Of a DNA stretch of 64,000 bases, positions 1 to 10,868 are shown one piece after another; position 1 is the first letter of the stretch, and every line of letters begins with the position of its first letter. The position numbers and the translations under genes were made by a program. The stretch lies in contig CM059432.1 in NCBI GenBank assembly GCA_030390025.1, positions 104,658,001-104,722,000 on the forward strand. Direction: 5' to 3'. The notes under the pieces were generated by a model. The model saw only the letters and a program-made list of their open reading frames with translations, did not search any database and was not told where the DNA came from. Source of the stretch: Squalus acanthias (lineage: Eukaryota).

Positions 1-2
1 GA

Positions 3-2669
3 CAGTACACCTGGACCCGCCTGCCACAAGGATTCCATAATAGCCCCGCGATCTTCCATCGGGTAATGAGTAATATTTTAAAGGGTGCAGAGCTCCCACC
101 AGGGAGCACGGTCCTCCAGTACATTGACGATCTCCTGATAGCCTCGGACAAAGTTCCAGGTCATAATAAGGCCCTGAAGATAGTACTGACAGCATTAAGG
201 GACGCAGGACTGAAGGCTAGCCCTAGGAAGGCCCAGATTGGAAAGTTCAAAGTCACGTATCTAGGGCATCTCATTTCCCAAGGGACAAAGGAGATGCCAA
301 TGGATAGGAAGGCTGCAGTCTGGGATATGCCCAGACCAGTGACAATAAGGGGAGTTAGGAAGGTCTTAGGACTTTTTAACTACAGCAGGAACTTCGTCCC
401 CGGGTTCGCTAAGATAGCTGAGCCTATCCAAAGGTTAGTAAAGGGAGGAAGGCCTGCCCTTGAGTCCATAGAGTGGGGCCCAGAACAGGAAAAAGCTTAC
501 GGACAGTTGAAGAAGGAGTTACTGTCAGCCCCGGGACTAGGGCTGCCAGATATGAACAAACCTTTCCATATTCACTGTGACAATGAGGGCGGGTTCTACA
601 CCGCTGTGATAACCCAGGACCATGGCGATAAGCGCAGACCAGTGGCATACTACTCGACCGCAGAAGGACCGGTAGTCTCCGGACTCTCGCGATGTATAGC
701 GGCACTGGACTGCGCAGCATGGGCAGTAAAGGTGAGCGAACCTATAGTAATGACCGGGAACATAGTCTTGCACACCAAGCATACCTTGGTGGAAATGCTA
801 AATACTGGAAAATTAAGATCTGTCTCAAACATGAGAAGAGCTAAGTGGGAAGCAGTTCTATTACCCCCTAACGAGTCTATCATCATAGTCAGAGACATAG
901 GGGAGAACCCAGCTGAGGGGATCCTGGGAACAGGAGCCCCACACAGTTGTAAAAAAATAGACGAGGACATTGGAGAAGAGATTATCAAAGACACCCCTCT
1001 AGAGGAAGTGGAGGAAACATTCTATGTAGATGGATCCCGTAAATATATTAATGGACAACCCCGAACTGGGTGGGCAGTAGTTAATAGTAAGATGGAAGTA
1101 GTTAAATCTGGACGGTTAGACGGTAGCTTATCAGCCCAAGTAGCAGAGTTGGTCGCGTTGACTCAAGCATTGAATGAAGCAAAGAACCAGGTAGTCAATA
1201 TATACACAGATAGCCGGTATGCCTTCGGGGTAGTGCATGACTACATGACAGCATGGGGACGTAGAGGGTATATAACCACAGGAGGTAACCCCATCAAACA
1301 TCAGGGACGAATAGAGGCCTTGCTAGAAGCAAGCAAAAGACCTAAACAGGTGGCAGTTATCAAAATTAAGGCCCATCAGAAAGAACCAGACAAGACAAGC
1401 CCAGACTGGGACAGCCACCAGGGGAACCAGGCGGCTGATTGGGCAGCACAGGCAGCTCTAGAACAGGAGGAGATAAACGAAGTACTGGTGGGCAGCGTAG
1501 ACAGCCCGGAGAACGAAATAAAGATCTGGGAAGTCCAAGACGAAGCATCAGACACGGAAAAGGAAACATGGGTAAGAAATGGAGCTGGAGTAGGATCCGA
1601 TCGAGTCTGGCGAAAAGAAGGTAAAGTAGTAGCACCGGAGTGCATACAACAGACTCTGCTAGAGATACATCACGGTATTTCACATACAGGGAGAGAGGCA
1701 ATGAGCTCCTTATTAAGTAAGGATTGGTGGTGGAAGGGGATGGGAAGAGACATCGCGAGGCACTGTCAGCGATGTATCACTTGTGCTCAGCATAATCCTG
1801 GCCGGCCTATTAAAATTAGAATGGGCCACCAGCCAAGACCCCGAGGTCCTTGGGAGCACATACAAATTGATTTTACGGGACCACTTCCCCAGTCCCACGG
1901 AAAAATATACTGCCTTGTGATAATTGACCAGTTCACAAGGTGGGTAGAAGCTTTCCCAACGCGGAATTGCACGGCCTTAACGGTAGCCAGAATCCTGGCC
2001 GAGGAAGTAATCCCGCGGTGGGGAGTGCCCTTGCAAATCGACTCTGACCAAGGAACGCACTTTACAGGGAGTGTAGTAAAGAATATTTGTCAGCTGATGG
2101 GGATCAAACAGAAGTTCCATATCCCTTACCACCCCCAGAGCTCGGGAATGGTTGAAAGAATGAATCGAACACTCAAAAACGCTTTAGCAAAGGCAATACA
2201 GGAATCTGGGAAAACATGGGTTGAGGTTTTACCCCTTATCCTAATGAAGTTACGAGCCACCACGAATCGTACGACAGGCCTGACCCCTTATGAACTAATG
2301 ACAGGAAGGGCGATGCAATTACCAGAAGGCATCATAACAGGTGGGGCTGATGTGGGCCCCTTAAAGGACAGACTACGGCGTTATGTCTTAGAGCTTAGCA
2401 CCCAACTGAAGGGGATGCGCCAAGCCGTACGAGACAATCAGGAACTTCAGGATCAGGCACAGGAGGGGGTCATGACACCCTCCGTGCCGTCAGCGGGCAG
2501 CAAAGTGATGCTGAAGGTCCTGCCTGACAAGCCAGGCTTCGCCCCAAAATGGAGCGGACCCTACGAAATTATAATTAGTGGTGATACCTGTGCCTGTCTG
2601 GACATAAGGGGGAAGGGAGTCTGGAAACATTGGACACAATTAAAAATATATGGAGAAAAGATGAACTAA
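3..2669 (+). CDS. pol: Endogenous retrovirus Pol (RT C-terminal part, connection, RNase H, integrase); 5'-truncated by the window edge
   Basis: The frame is open from base 3 (QYTWTRLPQGFHNSP), then LQYIDDLL. RNase H motifs YVDGS, SAQVAELVAL, IYTDSRYAFG, GNQAAD. Integrase HHCC (H..HTG..CQRCITC), D-D-E (QIDF, DSDQG, VERMN) and WSGPY. No stops. Gamma/epsilon-like (class I) character is inferred. Confidence 0.96.
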   Translation, partial: QYTWTRLPQGFHNSPAIFHRVMSNILKGAELPPGSTVLQYIDDLLIASDKVPGHNKALKIVLTALRDAGLKASPRKAQIGKFKVTYLGHLISQGTKEMPMDRKAAVWDMPRPVTIRGVRKVLGLFNYSRNFVPGFAKIAEPIQRLVKGGRPALESIEWGPEQEKAYGQLKKELLSAPGLGLPDMNKPFHIHCDNEGGFYTAVITQDHGDKRRPVAYYSTAEGPVVSGLSRCIAALDCAAWAVKVSEPIVMTGNIVLHTKHTLVEMLNTGKLRSVSNMRRAKWEAVLLPPNESIIIVRDIGENPAEGILGTGAPHSCKKIDEDIGEEIIKDTPLEEVEETFYVDGSRKYINGQPRTGWAVVNSKMEVVKSGRLDGSLSAQVAELVALTQALNEAKNQVVNIYTDSRYAFGVVHDYMTAWGRRGYITTGGNPIKHQGRIEALLEASKRPKQVAVIKIKAHQKEPDKTSPDWDSHQGNQAADWAAQAALEQEEINEVLVGSVDSPENEIKIWEVQDEASDTEKETWVRNGAGVGSDRVWRKEGKVVAPECIQQTLLEIHHGISHTGREAMSSLLSKDWWWKGMGRDIARHCQRCITCAQHNPGRPIKIRMGHQPRPRGPWEHIQIDFTGPLPQSHGKIYCLVIIDQFTRWVEAFPTRNCTALTVARILAEEVIPRWGVPLQIDSDQGTHFTGSVVKNICQLMGIKQKFHIPYHPQSSGMVERMNRTLKNALAKAIQESGKTWVEVLPLILMKLRATTNRTTGLTPYELMTGRAMQLPEGIITGGADVGPLKDRLRRYVLELSTQLKGMRQAVRDNQELQDQAQEGVMTPSVPSAGSKVMLKVLPDKPGFAPKWSGPYEIIISGDTCACLDIRGKGVWKHWTQLKIYGEKMN

Positions 2670-2701
2670 TGGGCGCTTCTTTGTGTTTCTTTTACCTACA
2701 G
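2665..2701 (+). promoter_or_regulatory. Candidate splice acceptor for the subgenomic env mRNA
   Basis: Branch-like ACTAAT, then pyrimidine tract CTTCTTTGTGTTTCTTTTACCTACAG ending at 2701, directly after the pol stop. Confidence 0.65.
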
Positions 2702-2842
2702 ATCAAGCGACCCGTAAATGTCCAATTACCTTACCTGTTTGCATTCGTGCTTTGGCTTATTGCATTTGGTGTACTAACTACTGTGTTTTTATGTTTGTAT
2801 GTTAATACAAGAGTGCTACCAGAAGCGGCAACGACGCGGTGA
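2669..2842 (+). CDS. Putative 57-aa single-pass membrane accessory ORF between pol and env
   Basis: The ATG overlaps the pol stop (TAATG). The product MGASLCFFYLQIKRPVNVQLPYLFAFVLWLIAFGVLTTVFLCLYVNTR... has a ~23-aa hydrophobic stretch. Confidence 0.4.
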   Translation: MGASLCFFYLQIKRPVNVQLPYLFAFVLWLIAFGVLTTVFLCLYVNTRVLPEAATTR

Positions 2843-2868
2843 TAAACAGTGCCTGCTTCCAAGTAAAA

Positions 2869-4278
2869 ATGGGGATACCACTGTGTTTAATAGCGTTAAC
2901 ATGCATTGTTTCGGGAATGGAAAGGGGCTCCCGTAAGCGAAGAGAGCTCCAGGTGAATACCTTTGTATATATGTCGTATGAATACGTAAAGGAGACAGGG
3001 CAAAGTAGCTGTTGGGTGTGTAGTCATATTCCGATCCACAGTAAGGGTGGGATACCACTGCGGCCCATACCCCTGAATCTCACGGAACTAGCAGAATTTG
3101 CGCTTAATGACCAGAACAGCTATCATGACATCACGAGGGAGGAGTTCCGAGGTGGAGGGTACCCATTGGAACAATTTAAGGGATGTTACAAACCCAAGTA
3201 CAACTCTAGTAAAGATCCACCCTTCTTCGCCCTAACAAACACAACCGGGGTCGGAAGACCCGTCGGGGAAATATGTTGGACAAGGAGTGTAAGTAGAGGG
3301 GTGAAGGTGAACCTAGAGGCAGGAAATAGTAATTGCACCCAAACCTTTGTGACATATGAGGAGGGGAACACGGCATTTGAAAGCTGGTGGTTTAATACCA
3401 CTGGTCTGCTAAACTTAACGAGTAACCAACCGTGGAATGGGACCCGACGGGCCACAGATAGTCAGATGGGTTTCACTATCTTTCGGGCAAACATGGATAT
3501 GACGGCCTACAATGGAACATATTTTATATGCGGGCACAAGGCGTACCCATGGCTGCCCAGAGATTGGACCGGGTCATGTTACCTGGGATACGTTATGCCT
3601 TATGTATACCATCTCAAATCCCTCACGGAGCACCATTGGTATCGAACCAGGCGAGGAATTACGGAGACTGAGCGATTCTTCGCCGTCGCCTTCCCCCACT
3701 GGGGGGTGGGTAAATTAGCACGGGAAATCATTAACAATGCCCAAATTCTCGAGAAGGTAGCCAACGACACCACAGAAGCCCTTGCAGAAATAAGCGCAGA
3801 AATGGTAGCCCTCAGGACAGTGGCCATGCAAAACAGGATGGCACTGGACTACCTGCTTGCAAAGGAAGGAGGCACTTGCGCGGTGATCGGGCAAGAGTGT
3901 TGTACTTACATCCCTGATAGTTCGGAAAACATCACCAACTTGGTAAATCACATGAAGGAAGAGATTAAGAAATTACACCGGGAACCGACACAGTCATGGC
4001 TAGAATGGTTGGGGCTAACAGAATGGGGCCCCTGGATTATGCACGTAATGGTTGTGATAGTGATGATATGTGTCGCTGTATGTTGCTTGATAACCTTGTT
4101 AAAGACATGTTGTAAGATTGCCACAACCCAGCTAATGTCAGTCAGCGCCGTACGGGAAGAGGAGCCGTTGCTCAAAGACGAAGAAAAGGAAGGATACACC
4201 GATCTCCAGCCCATGGAGGAAACGCATGACACCGTCGCCGGGGTAGCCAGCCCTCAAGAGATGAGCCAGTGGCTGTAG
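2869..4278 (+). CDS. env: Gamma-type retroviral envelope glycoprotein (469 aa from ATG 2869), intact
   Basis: Signal peptide MGIPLCLIALTCIVSG, CWVC (CXXC), furin site RTRR, fusion peptide, immunosuppressive domain MQNRMALDYLLAKEGG, CX6CC (CAVIGQECC), TM helix, and a cytoplasmic tail with EEEPLL and YTDL. Confidence 0.95.
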   Translation: MGIPLCLIALTCIVSGMERGSRKRRELQVNTFVYMSYEYVKETGQSSCWVCSHIPIHSKGGIPLRPIPLNLTELAEFALNDQNSYHDITREEFRGGGYPLEQFKGCYKPKYNSSKDPPFFALTNTTGVGRPVGEICWTRSVSRGVKVNLEAGNSNCTQTFVTYEEGNTAFESWWFNTTGLLNLTSNQPWNGTRRATDSQMGFTIFRANMDMTAYNGTYFICGHKAYPWLPRDWTGSCYLGYVMPYVYHLKSLTEHHWYRTRRGITETERFFAVAFPHWGVGKLAREIINNAQILEKVANDTTEALAEISAEMVALRTVAMQNRMALDYLLAKEGGTCAVIGQECCTYIPDSSENITNLVNHMKEEIKKLHREPTQSWLEWLGLTEWGPWIMHVMVVIVMICVAVCCLITLLKTCCKIATTQLMSVSAVREEEPLLKDEEKEGYTDLQPMEETHDTVAGVASPQEMSQWL

Positions 4279-4347
4279 CGTCGACCCCGTGAAGAGGCAC
4301 GGAGCAGTGGTTTCCTGGGGGCAAGAAGGTCGTGCCCCCGGACCAAC

Positions 4348-4356
4348 AGAAGGGAG
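4348..4356 (+). promoter_or_regulatory. Polypurine tract
   Basis: AGAAGGGAG immediately before the TG that starts the LTR. Confidence 0.7.
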
Positions 4357-4866
4357 TGTTGGAGGAGAAAATTATTAAAGAAATGTCGGAGAAGAAAAAC
4401 TCATCCAGTTAATGAACTTTAAATTCGCTGACACAGGACTTTTCTGCAATGGATTGGCAGTCTGCCTTGTCAGACAACGTTGCAACATACAGGGCTCGAG
4501 ATAACACTGTCACATAGACGAGGCTGATCACATCAACTGTATCCTGACGTTAATTGATTTACTATGCTTAACAATTATATACATAAAATTGATTGGATTC
4601 TAATGACTATCACATGCTCATGTGAGCACGATGTAATCAATGATGGATGTATAAAATACTGTGCCCCAGAGTGACTTATTTGAGAGGTCGGTGACTGCAC
4701 GTGGGTGCATCAATTCTCTCCCAGAGCGCTCTGAATAAAGTGTACTCCCGCATTTAACCGTGTAAATTGGTGTTTGAGTTTTATTGCTCAGTCGGGCTAA
4801 GTCGGGTAGCGCGTCGACTCTCCTTCACGGTTAGTCCGCTTAAGGCTCCGATTAGCCCCTACAACA
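4357..4866 (+). mobile_element. 3' LTR of the ERV (~510 bp)
   Basis: Begins TGTTGGAGG and ends CCTACAACA (8/9 inverted repeat, TG...CA). TATAAAA at 4650 and AATAAA at 4734. Harbinger sequence resumes at 4867. Confidence 0.85.
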
Positions 4867-6019
4867 GCATCATGACTGCTGCCAGAATGGCGGGCATTCA
4901 CCATCATGATGCGCTGGGCGTTGTCACACAACAACTGTACATTAAGTGAGTGGTAGCCTTGGCGGTTACGGTACATCTCAGCATTGGTATGCGGTGCCCG
5001 CAAAGCCATGTGGGTGCAGTCGATGGTGCCCTGCACCATGGGGAAACGATACCCTAGAAAATCCACATGCGCGCTCCTCCTGCTTCTCCCTGTTCAGAGA
5101 GAAGACAATGAAGTCCCTTCTCCTGGAATACAGCGCCTCTGTGACCTCCCAGATGCAGCGATGGACGGTGAACTGTGAGATGTTAGCTATGTCTCCTGCT
5201 GCAGACTGGAAGGATCCGCTGGTGAAGAAATTGAGGGCCACGGTGACCTTGAGGGCCACTGGGAGCGCCGTGTTCGGTGTGCTCTGAGGTTGCAGGTCTG
5301 GTTGCAGGAGGTGGCAGAGTTCTGTGACCACCTCCTTGGTGAAGCAGAGCCTCCTAATACATTGCTCCTCGCTTAAGTGGAGGTAAGAGAAGTGCTCTCG
5401 GAAGACACTAGGTGGTTAAGACCTCCTGTTGAGAGCCCTCCTGGCTCTCCTTCTCATCCCTCTGTGCTCATCTTCTCTTCTTCGCTGCCTCCGCTCCCTC
5501 TCCCGATGGTACTCGAGCGCGAGGGAGCTGCAAGTAGAGCCCCCCATGTCTGTGAGCAACTGTTGTGAGCAGAAACCTTTAAATGAGAATGAAGGCATTC
5601 TCCACTTGCACCAACACTCCCTGTCACCTAAGAAACAGAAAGTTACACGGTGTCAGTCAAACAGAAAAGCCATGTCAGCTGCAAGTTGTTGATGATGATC
5701 CCTTTAAATAGCACTGCTGGGGGCTCCTTCCTGCTGCTGAACGCTTGGTCAGCTGGTCGTGATTAACACAGGCTGGTAAGTGGAGCGGCGAACGCGAAAA
5801 TGGCAGATCGGGCATCAAGTGAGTGTTGCACACTCACTGACATCACGATCTGCCTAATCTAAATATCTGCAGTGAGCGCAGGCATCGGCAACGCTACCGA
5901 CCTGCCCAAAATGGCGGCTGCCGCGGGACTCGCCAGAAGTGGGTGGAAGCAAGGTGACCGCCATTTTTCCTTCAAAACGGGCCTTAATGGCCAGTGTTAA
6001 ACCCCCGAATTTCTAGGCC
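4867..6019 (-). mobile_element. PIF/Harbinger DNA transposon: 5' part of a degraded DDE transposase plus terminus
   Basis: Minus-strand fragments VALKVTVALNFFTSGSFQ, FPMVQGTIDCTHMAL, YRNRQGYHSLNVQLLCD, HSGSSHDA (HARBI1-type motifs) with frameshifts. TIR-like CCCCGAATTTCTAGGCC at ~6003-6019. Confidence 0.88.
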
Positions 6020-7035
6020 ATTGACTCTTGGTTAGACCAGTTCTATTAATACAAAGCGAATTAAATAAGATTTAATTAGTCATTTTAAACCACATAAACA
6101 AGCCCAGATGGCCTCAGGATATCTGGTCATGGTCAGATGGCAGGCAAAGTTATGAATGGAATGCAGAGAGTGCAGCCCCAGGAAAAGCATCCTGGGCTTC
6201 TCCAATGAGAAGTGTTTCTATCAGCAGTTTTGCTTGGACAATCAGACGTCTCATGACCTGTGTGCAGAGTTGTAGTTGGGTTTAGAGGTTCATCCATTGT
6301 CAGTGACATGAAAATGACTTCAGTTATGAGTTTCTAACCCAGTCAGCTCTTGTAAGAGAGCTGCTTTCATAAAAGAGAAAATGAAAGGACGGGAAATCAG
6401 CTGGTTCCAAATGCAGCCAGCCGGCAAGTCGGGCCTGGGAGGAGGGCAAGCACTCCTGCTTCACCTGGCCTTACAAAAATTCTTGCCAAAATTTTTTTCC
6501 TGTCTGCAGCGAGAGCCTCATCCCTGAAGAAAGTTGCCACCATTAAGATGCCACCAGATGGGAACAGGCCGACTTGGTGCTGATAAGTACTCTTGGCCAA
6601 TTTAAACCCTCACTCGCCCCTTTCCTCCCTGGCAAGGGGGTGGGTGAGATTAAAATCTGGGCCCAGGAATCAAACTGTAGGCTTTCCAGGTCTGTATGGT
6701 TCAGTACCACATCGTGCAGTCCATTTATCCAGTGATCCATCAAGTGGACCTTCATTTGTAAATTTGAAGCCTTTAGCAATTTCCTGTTCCCTGTTCACCC
6801 TTTTGGATACAAATGCAACAATTTCTGGAACATCGAGTCATTTATCGTACTCTCCTTCTTTGAATTTGCTATCATTAATATACTTATGTAGAGGGCTGCT
6901 TGATTTATGTCAGTTAAAACAGAAACGTTGCACTTGCATTAATTTCCTATGTGCCTGTTCAAAATAATTTACTAATATAACAGAATATAAATATCCTCCA
7001 ACTAAATATTGGGAAGACCGAAGCCATTTTCTCAT

Positions 7036-7822
7036 CACAAACTCCGTTCCCTAGCCACCAACTCCATCCCTCTCCCTGGCAACTGTCTGAGGCTGAACCA
7101 GACTGTTCGCAACCTTGGTGTCATACGTGACCCTGAGATGAAATTCTGACCACACATCATCTCCATCATCAAGACCTCTTACTTCCACCTCCGTAACATC
7201 GCCCGACTCCAGCCCTGCCTCAGCTCAGCTGCTGCTGAAACCCTCATCCATGCCTTTGTTACCTCTAGACTTGACTATTCCAATGCACCTCGGCCCATCT
7301 TACACCCTCCATAAACTTGAGCTCATCCAAAACTCTGCTGCCCGTAACCTAACTCGCACCAAGTTCCATTCACCCATCACCCCTATGCTCGCTGACTTAT
7401 ATTGGCTCCCGGTTGAGCAATGCCTCATGCTTGTTTTCAAATCCCTCAATGGCCTCACCCCTCCATATCTCTGTAAACTCCTCCAGTCCTACAACCCCCC
7501 GAGATATCTGCGCTCCTCCAATTCTGGCCTCTTGTGCATCCCCGATTTTAATCGCTCCACCATTGGTAGCCATGCCTTCAGCTGCTGAGGCCCTAAGCTC
7601 TGGAATTCCCTCCCTAAACCACTCCGCCTCTCTACCTATCATTCCTCCTTTAAGTCGCTCCTTAAAATCTACCTCTTTGACCAAGCTTTTGGTCATCAGC
7701 CCTAATATCATCTTATGTGGTTTGGTGTCAAATTTTGCTTGATAAGGCTCCTGTGAAACGCCTTGGGACATTGTACAACATTAAAGGCACTATATAAATG
7801 CAAGTTGTTGTTATTGTTGTTG
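7036..7822 (+). mobile_element. L2-clade LINE, 3' fragment
   Basis: FHLRNIARL...AAETLIHAFVTSRLDYSN and IQNSAAR...ITPMLADLYWLPV; ends in a (GTT)n-like tail. Confidence 0.85.
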
Positions 7823-7879
7823 AATGTAAACAGTACCTGTTGCACTATTCAACAAAGTAGCAAAAATTACCAATTTAAA

Positions 7880-8225
7880 TAAAAGTTTTTCTTTCTTCCC
7901 CTCCTCTTCTGCATGTACTGAGTCATGCTGGGTTCATTTTCACAAGCGCTGAGGGCTAGCTGGTATCTTGTCCAAATGACCATTCTTCATGTGTGAGCTT
8001 TCATGTGAAGCTATTCAGTCATGGGGGCATTGTAGCCGAGCCTGATCCTATCACAACCAATGTTCACACACGTGCACTTTCCAGTCAGGATCATTGGATA
8101 GTGAACAGGAGCCAAGCACACTGAGGTCAATTGTGAGACTACTGCTGCTGAAATCAGCCACTCAGGACTGACCAAGAATTACATTTGAAATCTTCACATC
8201 TGTATGGCTCAAGTTCGAGCTGCAT
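7880..8225 (-). repeat. Old interspersed repeat (SINE-like), related to 20130-20500
   Basis: Loose similarity between the two regions by eye; family and orientation not firmly identified. Confidence 0.3.
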
Positions 8226-8303
8226 TAAGCAATGAGGCATCGGACAGCTAATCATCATTATTAATACATGATGCTTCCACATACTCGAATATGTTAAACA
8301 TAT

Positions 8304-8468
8304 TGCCCCGAATTTTCACAGGGGTTCTCCCAACTTCCTGCCATAACCTGGGAGATCAGCAGAACGCCCAGAGAAATGGTGTAAATGGGTAGTTTCTCCG
8401 GAGATACCGCCATTTTCCCACCAAAGTTACAGCAGGAGATTGGGAGACCCCTGTGGAAATTTAGGCCC
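8304..8468. mobile_element. Short Harbinger-type MITE
   Basis: ~29-bp imperfect terminal inverted repeats: GCCCCGAATTTTCACAGGGGTTCTCCCAA ... TTGGGAGACCCCTGTGGAAATTTAGGCCC. Confidence 0.6.
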
Positions 8469-8635
8469 ATTCATTTTAGATTGCAAATCTGTCAGATATT
8501 AAAAAGGTCCTCTGAATTGCATTGGTTTTGTCTGTCGATGGTAATAATGCCTGGTCTAAATAGGGCTTTAGCTCTGGTAGAGTATACCATTTTACTGTTA
8601 GCATGACTTCACATAATTGCATCTGTTCTTCCTCT

Positions 8636-8865
8636 CCTAGGAACAGGAGTAGGCGAGTAGGTTGTTCAGCCCCTCGAGCCTGCTCCGCCATTCAATTAGA
8701 TCATGGCTGATCTGGACCTCGACTCCATTTATCCGCTTTAGCTCCATATCCCTTGATAACCCTTGCCTAACAAAAATCTATCAATCTCAGACTTGAAAGC
8801 TCAGTTGTCCCAGCATCCACAGCCTTTTGGGGGAGATAATTTCAGATTCCTACTATTCTTCTCCT
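8636..8865 (-). mobile_element. CR1 LINE 3' end fragment
   Basis: Reverse complement of the CR1 3' UTR seen elsewhere in the window (AGGAGTAGGC...CCCTCGAGCCTGCTCCGCCATTCAAT..GATCATGGCTGATC). Confidence 0.75.
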
Positions 8866-9184
8866 CATCTCAATAATTTGCTGAAATGGTATTTTTAGTC
8901 CACCAGCATAAAACACTTACCATTGTTTCAAATATGCATCAAAATATAGGGATAGATTTAGTGCTCCTGCTGCAGAACTTTGTGTGTCAGCGGCACATAA
9001 CAGAAATTTAGATGTGGTAGTCAGGATGAAAAATCATGTGTGATGTGCTGACCTGGACGCCCAAATTCCCAATCTGCAACTCCCATTTCTATGACAGGAG
9101 CCCTAGTTCGTAAAATCTATTCCAATGTGATATATGAACTGACAGTAAAGTAAAAAGCTAACCTGGAATACTACTTGAAATTGC

Positions 9185-9450
9185 AAAAGCAGAACTAGGG
9201 GACATAGGTTCAAACTAGTAAAAGATTATATGAGGATACATATCAGGAAATTCTTTTTCACACAAAGAGTAATCAATGCGTCGAATAAACTTCCAGGTAG
9301 AGCAGTGCAAGCAAACTCCATGGAACCATACAAGGAACAATTGAATGCTATAATATGGGGGGGATGGGGTGGGGGGGGGCGGGGGCGGTGATTAGGATCT
9401 CTGGAACAATGAACTCAAATGGGTCGAATGGCCTTCCTCGTCTGTAATTA
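9185..9450 (+). mobile_element. Degraded CR1 3' fragment
   Basis: AGAACTAGGGGACAT...TTCTTTTTCACACAAAGAGTAATCAATG corresponds to the RTRGH / FFTQRV region. Confidence 0.55.
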
Positions 9451-10868
9451 TCTTTGACACACTGTACAAAATTATAGTATTTTTGTAGTTTATAATTATT
9501 TTAACATGCCCAAGATTAAACACAGGAGAAATAGGGTGTGGTCAGAATATGTTTATTTCTTCCAAACACTACTGCCAATGACAGTGGGTTCATTTATATC
9601 CTTCTTAGCATAGTAATTTTCTGTGAGCAGTGCAATGTTTAAGAGCCAATCACAACAGTCTTCCTCAGGAATGCTATTTACAGTCATTTCTTTACAGATT
9701 GGAGAAAATTCCAATGTGACATCTTACTTGATTGTGAGGTATGAGTCTGGATGAGTTTTAAATTGATGGTGTGTGAAAGGAATCTGTGTGACATGCTCTC
9801 AGCAGAGTTCTGCATTTTATTCTTTAAATGAAATCAAATGGGGTTTACAACAGGATCAGGTCTCAATCCTCCCACTCCCCCTGCTAAATCACAGAATGTC
9901 ACATGATAGTGATGGTCACCATTCTTCCCTGCAAGGATTCAGGACTGTCAGGAATTTAAATGCAATAAATTATTTAAGAACGCTTAAAAATATCATACTT
10001 GTTATTACTTAAATGAAACTAAACTGCAACCTCATCCTTCTGGAGAGTACACCTTTTAAAAATTATTTTGGGTTGCAGATGCCGTAGGGCACTTAACTCA
10101 GCTAATTCCACCTCTCCTCAGATTAGCTGGAATGACAGACGGATTATCTTATCTTTCACAATCTATTAAACTGTCGCTGTTCGTAAAATGGAGTGGAGTT
10201 GTGTGAAGACACAGTGGCAATCTGTTCAGCCAACTTAGATTTAAAGTGGTGCCCCTAGTATAATAACAGGAGTGCTACTCTACTTAAACACAGGTTTTAG
10301 GGCTCTCTTAACAGCTCCATATTATACATGGCAACCTAAAAGACACAGAAAAGCTGACAAGCGACTGTAAAAAGATGTCATAGCCCCAAAAAGTTGATAA
10401 CTCAAAAAGGAAATACAACTGAAAAACAGCCTTAAATAAAGGCCTATGACCAACGCTACTGCTTCTGGTAGCTTAGTAAGTTAAATACCTTTATATTACT
10501 TTGGATTTCAGGGTTTTTATTAGTGTTTTGGCATCGCCTTCACAATTTAGCTTGTTTTCTATGAAATGTGGAATCTCGGGGCTAAATTGGATAAGGCCCG
10601 AAAACAGACGCGGGGATCACGATACGCGATCTGCCGGCGCCCTTTGAAAGTAATGCAGGCAGCATGCTGCCTGCTCATTAACATGATTGAAGCACTGAGC
10701 TGAGCGCTAAATGCGCTACTACTTAGCTCAGCACTCAACAGGGGGCCCAATATCGTAGGAAGTCTGCTCTGCATTTAAAAGTTGCCTGCAGAGTGAAAGG
10801 CTGTCTGCACTTCTTAAAGGGGAGGTGTTTTGTGAAAGAAGTACCTCATTCTGACTGGAGCTGGAGCA

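Noticed and set aside
2869..4278. Co-opted syncytin-like env
   Set aside because: It lies in a provirus with an equally intact pol and LTR, so recency explains the open frame. There is no evidence of selective retention.
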